DNA of 64,000 bases from Azolla caroliniana (Eukaryota > Plantae > Polypodiophyta). The stretch lies in NCBI GenBank assembly GCA_043228905.1, contig JBHGNT010000016.1:7378001-7442000 (forward strand), given 5' to 3'. The position numbers were made by a program, and so were the translations under genes. A model generated the notes under the pieces. That model saw only the letters and a program-made list of their open reading frames with translations, was not told the DNA's origin and did not search any database. Below, one piece after another: positions 40,401 through 50,973 of the stretch. The first letter of the stretch is position 1, and every line of letters begins with the position of its first letter.

Positions 40401-43400
40401 ACTAATTAGCCACTATGATAGCTAATTAGCTACTAGACTAGCTAATTAGCTACCATGATAGCTAATTAGCTACTAGGACAACTAATTAGCCACCATGATA
40501 GTTAATTAGCTACTACACTAGCTAATTAGCTACCATGATAGCTAATTAGCTACAAGGACAGCTAATTAGCTACCATGATAGCTAATTAGCTACCATGATA
40601 GCTAATAAGCTACTAGAATAGCTAACGAGCTACTAGAACAACGAATTAGCTACTAGGATAATTAGCTAGTTACGAGAATAACTAATTCGTGGGAGCATCC
40701 CATTCATCTTCTTGATGTACCTCAGGTATTTACATTTATCTCAACGTTTCTTTTGACTGTACAAAGAAAGTTAATTAGCTCAGTTAGCAGAAAAGCTAAT
40801 TAGCTTATCAGTTACATTTCCCTGAGTTAGCTAATAGGATAGCTACTACATAGGTAACTGGCTACTCTCAATAGCTACTACCATGATAGCTAATTAGCTA
40901 TTCTCAATAGCTAATTTAGTTACTACCAGATAATTAACTACCACAATAGCTAACTAGCTACCATGATAGCTAATTAGCTATTCTCAATAGCTAATTTAGT
41001 TATTACCAGATAATTAGCTACTAGAATAGCTAATTGGCTTTTAGGATAGCGAATTAGCTATTAGAATAGGCTTTTAGCTACCATGATAGCTAAATAGCTA
41101 CTAGAATAGCTAATTAGAATAGCTAATTAGCTAATTAGCTATTAGAATAGGTAATTAGCTATTTGGTTATTAGAATAGGTAATTAGCTACCATGATAGCT
41201 AATTAGCTACTATGATAGTTAGCTACTCTAGTTATTACCAGCTAATTCGCTATCCTAAAAGCTAATTAGCTACCATGATAGCTAATTAGCTACTAGGACA
41301 GTTAATTATCTACCATGATAGCTAATTAGCTACTAGGATAACTAATTAGGCACCATGATAGTTAATTAGCTACTAGACTAGCTAATTAGCTACCATGATA
41401 GCAAATTAGCTACAAGGACAGCTAATTAGCTACCATGATAGCTAATTAGCTACTAGAATAGCTAAATAGCTACTAGAACAACGAAATAGCTACTAGGATA
41501 GTGAGCTAGTTACGAGAATAACTAATTCGTGGGAGCATCCCATTCATGTTCTTGATGTACCTCAGGTATTTACATTTATCTCAACGTTTGTTTTGACTGT
41601 ACACAGAAAGTTAATTAGCTCAGTTAGCAGAAAAGCTAATTAGCTTATCAGTTACATTTACCTCAATTAGCTACTAGGATAGCTACTACATAGGTAACTG
41701 GCTACTCTCAATAGCTACTACCATGATAGCTAATTAGCTATTCTCAATAGCTAATTTAGTTACTACCAGATAATTAGCTACCACAATAGCTAACTAGCTA
41801 CCATGATAGCTAATTAGCTATTCTCAATAGCTAATTTAGTTATTACTAGATAATTATCTACTAGAATAGCTAATTGGCTTTTAGGATAGCGAATTAGCTA
41901 TTAGAATAGGGTTTTAGCTACCATGATAGCTAAATAGCTACTAGAATAGCTAATTAGCTATTAGAATAGGTAATTAGCTATTTGGTTATTAGAATAGATA
42001 ATTAGCTACCATGATAGCTAATTAGCTACTATGATAGTTAGCTACTCTAGTTATTACCAGCTAATTCGCTATGCTAAAAGCTAATTAGCTACCATGATAG
42101 CTAATTAGCTACTAGGACAATTAATTAGCTACCATGATAGTTAATTAGCTACTAGGACAACTAATTAGCCACAATGATAGCTAATTAGCTACTAGACTAG
42201 CTAATTAGCTACCATGATAGCTAATTAAGGACAGCTAATTAGCTACCATGATAGCTAATTAGCTACTAGAACAACGGATTAGCTACTAGGATAGTTAGCT
42301 AATTACGAGAATAACTAATTCGTGGGAGCATCCCATTCATCTTCTTGATGTACCATGATAGCTAATTAGCTACTAGGACAGTTAATTATCTACCATGATA
42401 GCTAATTAGCTACTAGGACAACTAATTAGGCACCATGATAGTTAATTAGCTACTAGACTAGCTAATTAGCTACCATGATAGCTAATTAGCTACAAGGACA
42501 GCTAATTAGCTACCATGATAGCTAATTAGCTACTATAATAGCTAAATAGCTACTAGAACAACGAATTAGCTACTAGGATTGTGAGCTAGTTACGAGAATA
42601 ACTAATTCGTGGGAGCATCCCATTCATGTTCTTGATGTACCTCAGGTATTTACATTTATCTCAACGTTTGTTTTGACTGTACACAGAAAGTTAATTAGCT
42701 CAGTTAGCAGAAAAGCTAATTAGCTTATCACTTACATTTACCTCAGTTAGCTACTAGGATAGCTAGTACATAGGTAACTGGCTACTCTCAATAGCTACTA
42801 CCATGATAGCTAATTAGCTATTCTCAATAGCTAATTTAGTTACTACCAGATAATTAGCTACCACAATAGTTAACTAGCTACCATGATAGCTAATTAGCTA
42901 TTCTCAATAGCTAATTTAGTTATTACCAGATAATTAGCTACTAGAATAGCTAATTAGCTTTTAGGATAGCGAATTAGCTATTAGAATAGGGTTTTAGCTA
43001 CCATGATAGCTAAATAGCTACTAGAATAGCTAATTAGCTATTAGAATAGCTAATTAGCTAATTAGCTAATTAGCTATTAGAATAGGTAATTAGCTACCAT
43101 GATAGCTAATTAGCTACTATGATAGTTAGCTACTTTAGTTATTACCAGCTAATTCGCTATCCTAAAAGCTAATTAGCTACTAGGACAGCTAATTAGCTAC
43201 CATGATAGCTAATTATCTACTAGGACAACTAATTAGCTACCATGATAGCTAATTAGCTACTAGAACAACGAATTAGCTACTAGGATAGTTAGCTAGTTAC
43301 GAGAATAACTAATTAGTTCCCCTTTATTACGCAGGTCGATTTATTTATTAGGTTCAAACGAATGCATCCAAATATCAAAGTTCAACTACGAATATTCGAG

Positions 43401-44794
43401 TCTCTTAAGCCACAGTTTGTGAGACGTTTAAAGGATCGATACACATGTTGTTGCATTTACCATGTACATATGGGTTTTCTGAAGGACTCTTTTAATCTAC
43501 TATGTCACCATAGCGCATCCCTAACTAATACAGTTTGCACATGTCGGTGCCCAATCTGTCGATCAAGCCCGCAAGAGGAGTGTAAATCATCTGAGCACGT
43601 TATCTCTTCCATGAGTTATTTATTAGATTCAATATTGTGTCCGAGAGAAACTGACGTTATCTTCCATAGTCATAAATGTGTCATGGGTTTATGTCAAGAT
43701 TGTGGCCCTACTAGATTTAGGTGGTGTCCAAATGAATTGAGTAGTGAAATATTGATCTTTGTGAAGTTATTTGAGTCAGTGAACACCAATTTCGAAGGAA
43801 AGGTGTGTAAAAGAAAGGATCTAGTTCAGAAGATGCTTAAACCAAGGGATTTGGTGTCTCTGTTTGTAGTATCTCTAGGAAAGTTCTCTAGGATTTGATC
43901 TCTGCTATAACAGGTTTGGAGATGAGATGGAATTTTTTTGGGTCTGGCCATGGTAAAGGTGAACATGATGGTGCAAGGGTTGTTATAAAGCGGGCACTTA
44001 CCCATGAACAACTAAAGACAGATGGTGTGCACATGAATTGTGCATCACATGTAGTTGAATTTTTAAGAACAAATATGTCAACGAGTGCAACAAGTGTTTA
44101 TTCCTCGCAAGTCCGAGATATCAAACGTGAATTTTGGGAAGTGAAGATAGATGAAGTAAATAGGGAGAAGACCTAGGAGTGCCAAGGAATTCCCAAATTG
44201 CGATCTGTGCATGCTGTTCGCGGTTATTCCAGGTTGGATGGTCATTGTATTGCGGTTAGAGAATTGACTTGTTTTTGCTTCCATTGTGTGCAGGGAAATT
44301 GGAGATATTGTCTAAACAAAGCATACATTCAGAATTGGGAGTATCACACTCTGAATGATAAGAGAGCAGTTCATGGAGAAACATGGCAAAATGCTCACTT
44401 CACATATGAGGGACTTGGAGATACTTTGAGTGATGTCCTGAACGTTGGGGATAACTTCGCTGTAAATGCTGAAGAAGGCAATTCAGAGGGTGCTGATTTC
44501 TATATATTGAAGTGCACGGTTAGTAAACAATGTGCAAGGCAGAATATTGTAGATGCATGGGGAAATTTTGTATCTGCTAGGACATTCTACATCGAAGGCA
44601 TTTTTTATGCAAAACTAGATGACTATGAATATGTGTACAAGCTGTTAGAAGACAAACCAACGGCGTACATGTACTCTCATTTGGTCATGTGCATCAACGT
44701 CCCAATGTCAGAATACAATAACTGCTCAGGTTTATACATTGTTGGTGCTAATGTGTATGAATGTATTTACAATAGTATGCCATGGAATTTGTAG
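37436..44794 (+). pseudogene. Sola2-like transposase (family A), spliced, central catalytic segment deleted
   Basis: ATG at 37436; frameshift in an A-run near 37550; exon 1 ends 38184; phase-0 intron 38185-43334 joins HLLDVPQ|VDLFIRFKRMHPNIKV..LKP..TCCCIYH. Deletion near 43890, then WNFFGSGHGKGEHDG; a TAG at 44174; C-terminal domain to 44794. Confidence 0.87.
38185..43334 (+). repeat. 5.15-kb intron filled by a higher-order array (about 760-1080-bp units) of TAGCTAATTAGCTA satellite
   Basis: Unit marker GGAGCATCCCATTCAT at 38151, 38991, 39752, 40692, 41532, 42325 (partial) and 42612. Confidence 0.93.
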
Positions 44795-45472
44795 CTACAA
44801 GTAGCAATTACCATGTTCTCTTGTAAAACAAACATGTATTTCGCGAAAATAGTTAAATAAATTCGTTTGAGAATCAATTTCTTGTATATAGCCAGTACCT
44901 AATTAGCTGCCAGTAGCTAATTAGCTGTCACTAGCTAATTAACTGTCAGTAGCTAAATAGTCGTCAATAGCTAATTAACTATCAGTAGCTAAATAGTCGT
45001 CAGTAGCTAATTAGTTGTACATATGCAGCTAATTGATAACCAGTAGCTAATTAGCTGTCAATAGAACCATGTACAACAGTATGCCATGGAACTTGTAGCT
45101 ACAAGTAGCAATTACCATCTTTTCGTATAAAACAAACATGTATTTCCAAAATACAATTAAATAAAGCACTAGCATGAAATCAACAATCTGCAACATATTC
45201 CTCAAATTACACAGTAGATAAGTACAGTGGGAACAAGTAATTAAATTCTTCATTGAATAATGTCATCTCTTTACATATTTATAAATCACCATTGGAAATG
45301 TCTACAAATCTCCTATAAACAGCTAAGCTCTTGCTAGTCAGTGGAACGAGTCTACATATATTATCCGCATATCGAGCTCGGTATGGAGTCCACAACCATG
45401 CACCTAGTTGGCAGCTCACTATTTGCACCAGGTACTGTTCAAGCATTTCCTTGGGTAGAATGAGACAGCATC

Positions 45473-45767
45473 TGTCATGATATGGCAAGACTCGAACCCA
45501 TGACCTTAGGTTATATGGGTCGAGCTCTTGACCATTAGACCATCTATTGTAATACGTAGGATATTATTTTCATTTACATTTTATTATAGGAAATTAGTGT
45601 ATATTCCAGATTTCTCTGGAACATTCTAGAAGCTTCAGGATTACTCCTGAAAACACTATAAAAGAGGGCACTAGGCATTTTGTTGAACCAAATTGGTTCA
45701 ACGCCAGTCTTAAGCCTTTTAGCCACCGTTGTATATTCTCTTCATATAATAAATATCTTTCTTATCA

Positions 45768-45808
<41 letters not shown>

Positions 45809-45912
45809 GTCTCACTCACTTCTTCCTTCTCTCGAAGAAGTTCCACACCTCTCATAGTACTAATCCTTCGTTTAGTACTAATTCCTTCTCTGTCTCAGTA
45901 CTGTTCATGACA
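45473..45912 (+). repeat. 5' LTR of the chromovirus
   Basis: TGTCATGA...TCATGACA ends; TATA box CTATAAAAG near 45656. Confidence 0.97.
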
Positions 45913-45913
45913 G

Positions 45914-45926
45914 TTTGAACCAATTT
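45914..45926 (+). promoter_or_regulatory. Self-priming primer-binding site
   Basis: TTGAACCAATTT is complementary to AAATTGGTTCAA at 45690-45701, about 30 nt downstream of the LTR TATA box. Confidence 0.8.
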
Positions 45927-45985
45927 GCCTACCTTCTGTCTCTCTCATTTCCTACTAATCTTTTATTCCTATTTTCTTTCATCCC

Positions 45986-46961
45986 ATGGCCACTGTTAGC
46001 GCTGAAGAATATCAATCTGTTTTCTCGGAATTCCAATGCTTCAAGGAGAAGTTCCATGCTTTGGAACAAGAAAACCAACGGTTGCTGGGGGATCTTCAGC
46101 AAATCTCCTTAGAAAAGCAGCAAACGCAACAACAACATGGGGAACTTGCGTTACGCGTGCAACAACTCGAAGCCACCATCGTAGCAATGCAACAACATGG
46201 GCCCGGAACACAAGGGATTCATAAAGAACCTAAGATTGGCCTTCCCACGAAGTTCGATGGAACGCGATCGCAGTTTAGAGGGTTCCTTAACCAGGTACGA
46301 TTAGTTATTCAAATGCATCCTTCCCGATATCCCACCGATGCATCACGAGTGGGTTTAGTAGGCACTTTGTTAAGTGGCTCAGCGTTGTCATTGTTCGCTC
46401 CACTATTAGAAAAGGAATCTCCGTTACTCAACAATTCTCCGTTATGGTTTACGCAACGACGTCAAGGATTTACTCTTGACCTTCCCCGAAGAGCCAAAGT
46501 CCTTAACAGAAGCAATCAGTCGCGCGGTGAGATGTGACAACCGCCTCTTTGAGCGACGTTCGGAACGACAGCTACAGACGCCGAGGGCAAGATCAGAGCC
46601 CACCTACGCCTCAGTGGTAGCAAGACCTTTTCCGAGGGAGTCATATAATGCGTCTCCAGCGAATACTCCGACTCCGATGGAGATTGACACTACACGTCGT
46701 CGAGGGCCATTATCCGAAGAAGAAAAGCAACGACGCCGTACAAATCGACTATGTCTTTACTGCGGTGGACCAGGACATATCGCAATAAATTGCCCCCATA
46801 GGCCAAGAAGACAGGTAAACCAAATAGTCACTAGTTCTAATTGTACTAAATCCGAACCTATTTCAGTAGGGATATCTGATAGTCCTAATAGTACTAATAT
46901 CCCAGATCTAGCAAACAAATTTGATGTCCTTAGTCAGTTAGAAGAAGAGTTAAACGACTAA
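45986..46961 (+). pseudogene. Chromovirus Gag (frameshift or deletion near 46435-46476)
   Basis: Coiled-coil-like start, PTKFDGTRSQFRGFL, PMEID and CLYCGGPGHIAINC zinc knuckle, split over two frames. Confidence 0.88.
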
Positions 46962-46993
46962 GTCCAGCCAAAATAGGAGCCGTTTGGTTGGAC
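46949..46993 (+). promoter_or_regulatory. -1 programmed ribosomal frameshift signal (G_UUA_AAC plus stem-loop)
   Basis: Slippery heptamer 46949-55, 6-nt spacer, 11-bp stem GTCCAGCCAAA/TTTGGTTGGAC (one G-U). The -1 frame is open and is the pol frame. Confidence 0.78.
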
Positions 46994-49900
46994 AGCCCTA
47001 GATCTGTGCAGCCCATTAGTGGTTCCATTCCCTCTAAGCAAGTTAGTGATGTGTTCGTAGCCCAAGTAATAGTTAGTACTAAAAGTACCCCTCCAGTACA
47101 TGTCCTAGCACTCCTAGATTCCGGAGCTAACTCTTGCTTTATGGATAAGAAATTTGCTCAAGCTCATAAGATATCCCTAAGAAAACTCCAGTGTCCAGCC
47201 TCTGTAGTAGTCATTGATGGACGTCCCATTGCTTCCGGAAATATCCTAGAAGAGTCAGAGCCCATTAATATTGTCCTAGATAACTTAGTATGTGTAGTAT
47301 CATTTAATATTATTAGTATCCCAGAACATCCTATAGTTTTAGGACTACCGTGGTTCGAGTTACATAACCCTGACATAGATTGGAGAACAAGAGAAATCCG
47401 GTGTCGACAAACCCAAGGGTCAACTCAGAAGATGGCAACCATTTCGCTACGTCAGTTGCGTAAAGAAGGGCACAAGGAGGAAATGTTCCTCTTTGCAATA
47501 TCAGTAAACCCCTCCAACACCACTAAAGAAGAATCCACCGTTCAACTTCCCGAGAAGTATCGCCATTACACCGATGTGTTCGATAAAGTACAAGCCAACA
47601 CACTTCCTCATCATCGACCGTACGATTGCCCCATCGATTTACAACCGGGAAAAGAGCCGCCATGGGGACCGATCTATAATTTGTCACCAACCGAGCTGGA
47701 AGTCCTTCGGGCCTATATAGAGAAGAATTTGGAAAATGGTTTCATTCGGCATTCGAAATCTCCAGCCGGTGCGCCCATTTTCTTCGTCAAGAAAAAAGAT
47801 GGATCGCTTCGTCTCGTTGTAGATTACCGTGGCTTGAATAAGGTTACAATTAGGAATAGGTATGCTCTTCCCCTTATCTCAAGTCTTTTAGAACGGATCA
47901 ATGGTGCCAGGTTCTTCACGAAGATCGACTTACGGGGAGCATATAACCTCGTACGGATCCGACCAGGAGACGAATGGAAGACCGCGTTTCGCACCAGATA
48001 TGGGCACTTCGAGTATACTGTCATGCCGTTCGGCCTCACTAATGCGCCGGCAGTCTTCCAGCACATGGCTAATGATATATTCCGAGATCTATTGGATGAT
48101 TGTTTGATCATCTATTTGGATCATCTACTGGTTTATTCAAAGACCCAAGAAGAACATGATTCTCATGTACTATTAGTACTAAAACGACTTCGAGAACATG
48201 GTCTGTATGCAAAGCTAGAAAAATGTAGTTTCGGGTGCAACCAAGTGGAATTTCTCGGCTACATCATTTCGTCAGAAGGCATCTCCATGGACCCAGCTAA
48301 GGTCAGAACGGTGGTAGAATGGCAGACTCCGCGTTCGGTACGGGATGTGCAATGCTTCTTAGGCTTTGCCAATTTTTACCGGAAGTTCATACAGGATTAC
48401 TCAAAGATCGTTCTACCTCTCACACAACTTACCAGGAAGGGACAACCGTTCACCTGGTCTGAAGAAACGGACATGGCTTTCGAGAGTCTTAAAAAAGCAT
48501 TTACATCGGCTCCAATTCTAGCTCATGTCGATCCGGAGAAACCATTCATTATCGAAGCTGACGCATCGGATTTTGCATTGGGGAGCATTCTGTCACAACA
48601 GGGGAATGATGAAAAGCTACATCCTATGGCTTTTCACTCACGCAAGTTTGATGCTACCGAAATCAACTACGAAATCCATGATAAGGAGCTATTGGCAATA
48701 GTGGATTCTTTTATGCAATGGAGGCATTTTCTGGAGGGATCCTCTCATCCAGTCACCGTATTTAGTGACCACAAGAATCTTGCCTACTTTCAGGATGCTC
48801 GTGTGTTGAATCGACGTCAAGCTCGGTGGGCCCACTTCCTCACGCGTTTCGACTTCAAAATTACATATCGTCCGGGGAGGCACCAAGGGAAGGCAGATGC
48901 ATTATCACGGCGTTCATATCTAGCACCCCGTCCCGGCGAGCCAGCTTTCGATAACCAAAAACAAGTCATCTTGGGACCGGCACGATTACAAGCAACACAA
49001 ATCTTTGACATGCCTATGGATTCCCGCGTTATCGATACCATACGTGAAGACTTGAAGACAGATGCGTTCGCCCAAGCTATACTAGCACAAATTGATCCCT
49101 CTCGAGCGTCGTGTTCACAGTCGCAACCACCAGGTACGGACTATCGGCAATTCAAATACCATGATGGATTACTCTTCTTTAAAGAACTTTTGTATGTTCC
49201 TAATGGTTCTTGCCGCCTTCGAGTAGTACAAAACTGTCATGACACATATACAGCTGGGCATTTTGGTAGTACTAAAACATTACATTTAGTACAACGATCA
49301 TTCTGGTGGCCCTGTATGCGACAATTTGTCGAGGATTTTGTTCGGACTTGTGATACATGTTGCAGAGCGAAAATGCCAAGGCATCATCCATATGGTTTAT
49401 TAGAACCATTATCAATTCCAAGCAAGCCGTGGCAATCCATTGCTCTAGACTTCATCACAGATCTTCCAGTCTCTAAGGGGTTCAATGCGATTCTAACGGT
49501 GGTCGATCGATATACGAAGATGGCTCATTTCTTGCCATGTACTAAGGAGATCTCCAGTGAAGACACTGCCGAAATTGTCATGCGTGAAGTATGTGGGCAT
49601 CATGGACTCCCCGATAGTATCATCAGCGACCGTGGACCCCAGTTCGTGTCAAAATTCTGGAAGCACCTTTTTAACATGCTCAAGGTCACTTGTAACCTCT
49701 CTTCCGGCTACCACCCACAAACTGACGGCCAAGCTGAACGAACAAATCAAACGTTGGAGCAGTATCTGCGGTGCTTTCTCAGCTATCATCAGGACGACTG
49801 GGCAGATATTCTCCACTTCGCCGAATTTGCCTATAACAACTCTATCCACGCATCCACTAAAGTTACGCCATTTTATGCTTATACGGGATGTCACCCCCGG

Positions 49901-50545
49901 TGGAGTGTACTTGAAACCCCAGAGGTGTCCACAAATCCGTGCGCGGAGGATCGTTTGGAGCGGTTACGCAAGATACAAGCGGATTTATCTACTCATCTCC
50001 AGCAAGCTCAACAAACACACAAGGTCTACGCGGATCGTCATCGACTTCCATCTAGTTTTAATATTGGAGATCGGGTGTGGTTGCTACGACGACACATCAA
50101 GACTACTCGCCCATGTGAGAAGTTGGATTATCGGCGATTAGGTCCTTTCCGTATTATTGGAAAGATTAATGATGTTGCTTTTCGTCTCGACCTACCTCCT
50201 CAACTTCGGATACATCCGGTGTTTCATAGTTCTCTCTTCGAACCCTACCACGAGAGCACCATCCCAGAACGTCTTATCCAACCTCCACCCCCGATCGAGC
50301 TTGAAGATGGGCCAGAGTACGAGGTTGCCGCCATTCTTGATTCCAAGATTGTTCGCAACAAGCTCTATTATCTAGTCGATTGGCTAGGCTATAGTCCCAG
50401 CGAACGTACTTGGGAACCGATCGAGAATGTAACCAATGCTCGTGCTCTTCTTGAAGACTTCCATCGTCAATATCCACACAAACCGGGTCCTCAATCCAAG
50501 ACGACTCGTGACACTCGTCGTTTTAAAGGGGGGATAGTGTCATGA
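46988..50545 (+). CDS. Pol polyprotein: protease, RT, RNase H, integrase, chromodomain
   Basis: 1185-aa ORF with LLDSGA, YLDH (normally YLDD), DASD..ELLAI..DH..ADALSR, HHCC plus DDE integrase, GPF motif and the chromodomain EYEVAAILD..YLVDWLGY..TWEP. Confidence 0.95.
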   Translation: MDSPRSVQPISGSIPSKQVSDVFVAQVIVSTKSTPPVHVLALLDSGANSCFMDKKFAQAHKISLRKLQCPASVVVIDGRPIASGNILEESEPINIVLDNLVCVVSFNIISIPEHPIVLGLPWFELHNPDIDWRTREIRCRQTQGSTQKMATISLRQLRKEGHKEEMFLFAISVNPSNTTKEESTVQLPEKYRHYTDVFDKVQANTLPHHRPYDCPIDLQPGKEPPWGPIYNLSPTELEVLRAYIEKNLENGFIRHSKSPAGAPIFFVKKKDGSLRLVVDYRGLNKVTIRNRYALPLISSLLERINGARFFTKIDLRGAYNLVRIRPGDEWKTAFRTRYGHFEYTVMPFGLTNAPAVFQHMANDIFRDLLDDCLIIYLDHLLVYSKTQEEHDSHVLLVLKRLREHGLYAKLEKCSFGCNQVEFLGYIISSEGISMDPAKVRTVVEWQTPRSVRDVQCFLGFANFYRKFIQDYSKIVLPLTQLTRKGQPFTWSEETDMAFESLKKAFTSAPILAHVDPEKPFIIEADASDFALGSILSQQGNDEKLHPMAFHSRKFDATEINYEIHDKELLAIVDSFMQWRHFLEGSSHPVTVFSDHKNLAYFQDARVLNRRQARWAHFLTRFDFKITYRPGRHQGKADALSRRSYLAPRPGEPAFDNQKQVILGPARLQATQIFDMPMDSRVIDTIREDLKTDAFAQAILAQIDPSRASCSQSQPPGTDYRQFKYHDGLLFFKELLYVPNGSCRLRVVQNCHDTYTAGHFGSTKTLHLVQRSFWWPCMRQFVEDFVRTCDTCCRAKMPRHHPYGLLEPLSIPSKPWQSIALDFITDLPVSKGFNAILTVVDRYTKMAHFLPCTKEISSEDTAEIVMREVCGHHGLPDSIISDRGPQFVSKFWKHLFNMLKVTCNLSSGYHPQTDGQAERTNQTLEQYLRCFLSYHQDDWADILHFAEFAYNNSIHASTKVTPFYAYTGCHPRWSVLETPEVSTNPCAEDRLERLRKIQADLSTHLQQAQQTHKVYADRHRLPSSFNIGDRVWLLRRHIKTTRPCEKLDYRRLGPFRIIGKINDVAFRLDLPPQLRIHPVFHSSLFEPYHESTIPERLIQPPPPIELEDGPEYEVAAILDSKIVRNKLYYLVDWLGYSPSERTWEPIENVTNARALLEDFHRQYPHKPGPQSKTTRDTRRFKGGIVS

Positions 50546-50835
50546 TATGGCAAGACTCGAACCCATGACCTTAGGTTATATGGGTCGAGCTCTTGACCAT
50601 TAGACCATCTATTGTAATACGTAGGATATTATTTTCATTTACATTTTATTATAGGAAATTAGTGTATATTCCAGATTTCTCTGGAACATTCTAGAAGCTT
50701 CAGGATTACTCCTGAAAACACTATAAAAGAGGGCACTAGGCATTATGTTGAACCAAATTGGTTCAACGCCAGTCTTAAGCCTTTTAGCCACCGTTGTATA
50801 TTCTCTTCATATAATAAATATCTTTCTTATCATCA

Positions 50836-50869
<34 letters not shown>

Positions 50870-50973
50870 GTCTCGCTCACTTCTTCCTTCTCTCGAAGAA
50901 GTTCCACACCTCTCATAGTACTAATCCTTCGTTTAGTACTAATTCCTTCTCTGTCTCAGTACTGTTCATGACA
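50538..50973 (+). repeat. 3' LTR of the chromovirus
   Basis: Direct repeat of the 5' LTR. Confidence 0.97.

Larger units (their letters stand above)
45473..50973 (+). mobile_element. Young Ty3/gypsy chromovirus (Tcn1/Tf1-like, self-priming)
   Basis: LTRs 45473-45912 and 50538-50973 differ by about 2 substitutions plus (CT)n length; TSD GCATC; PPT AAAGGGGGGATAG; no tRNA PBS. Confidence 0.97.

Noticed and set aside
38185-43334. CRISPR-like array of palindromic repeats
   Set aside because: The spacers are themselves repeated, there are no cas genes, and the context is a eukaryotic intron.
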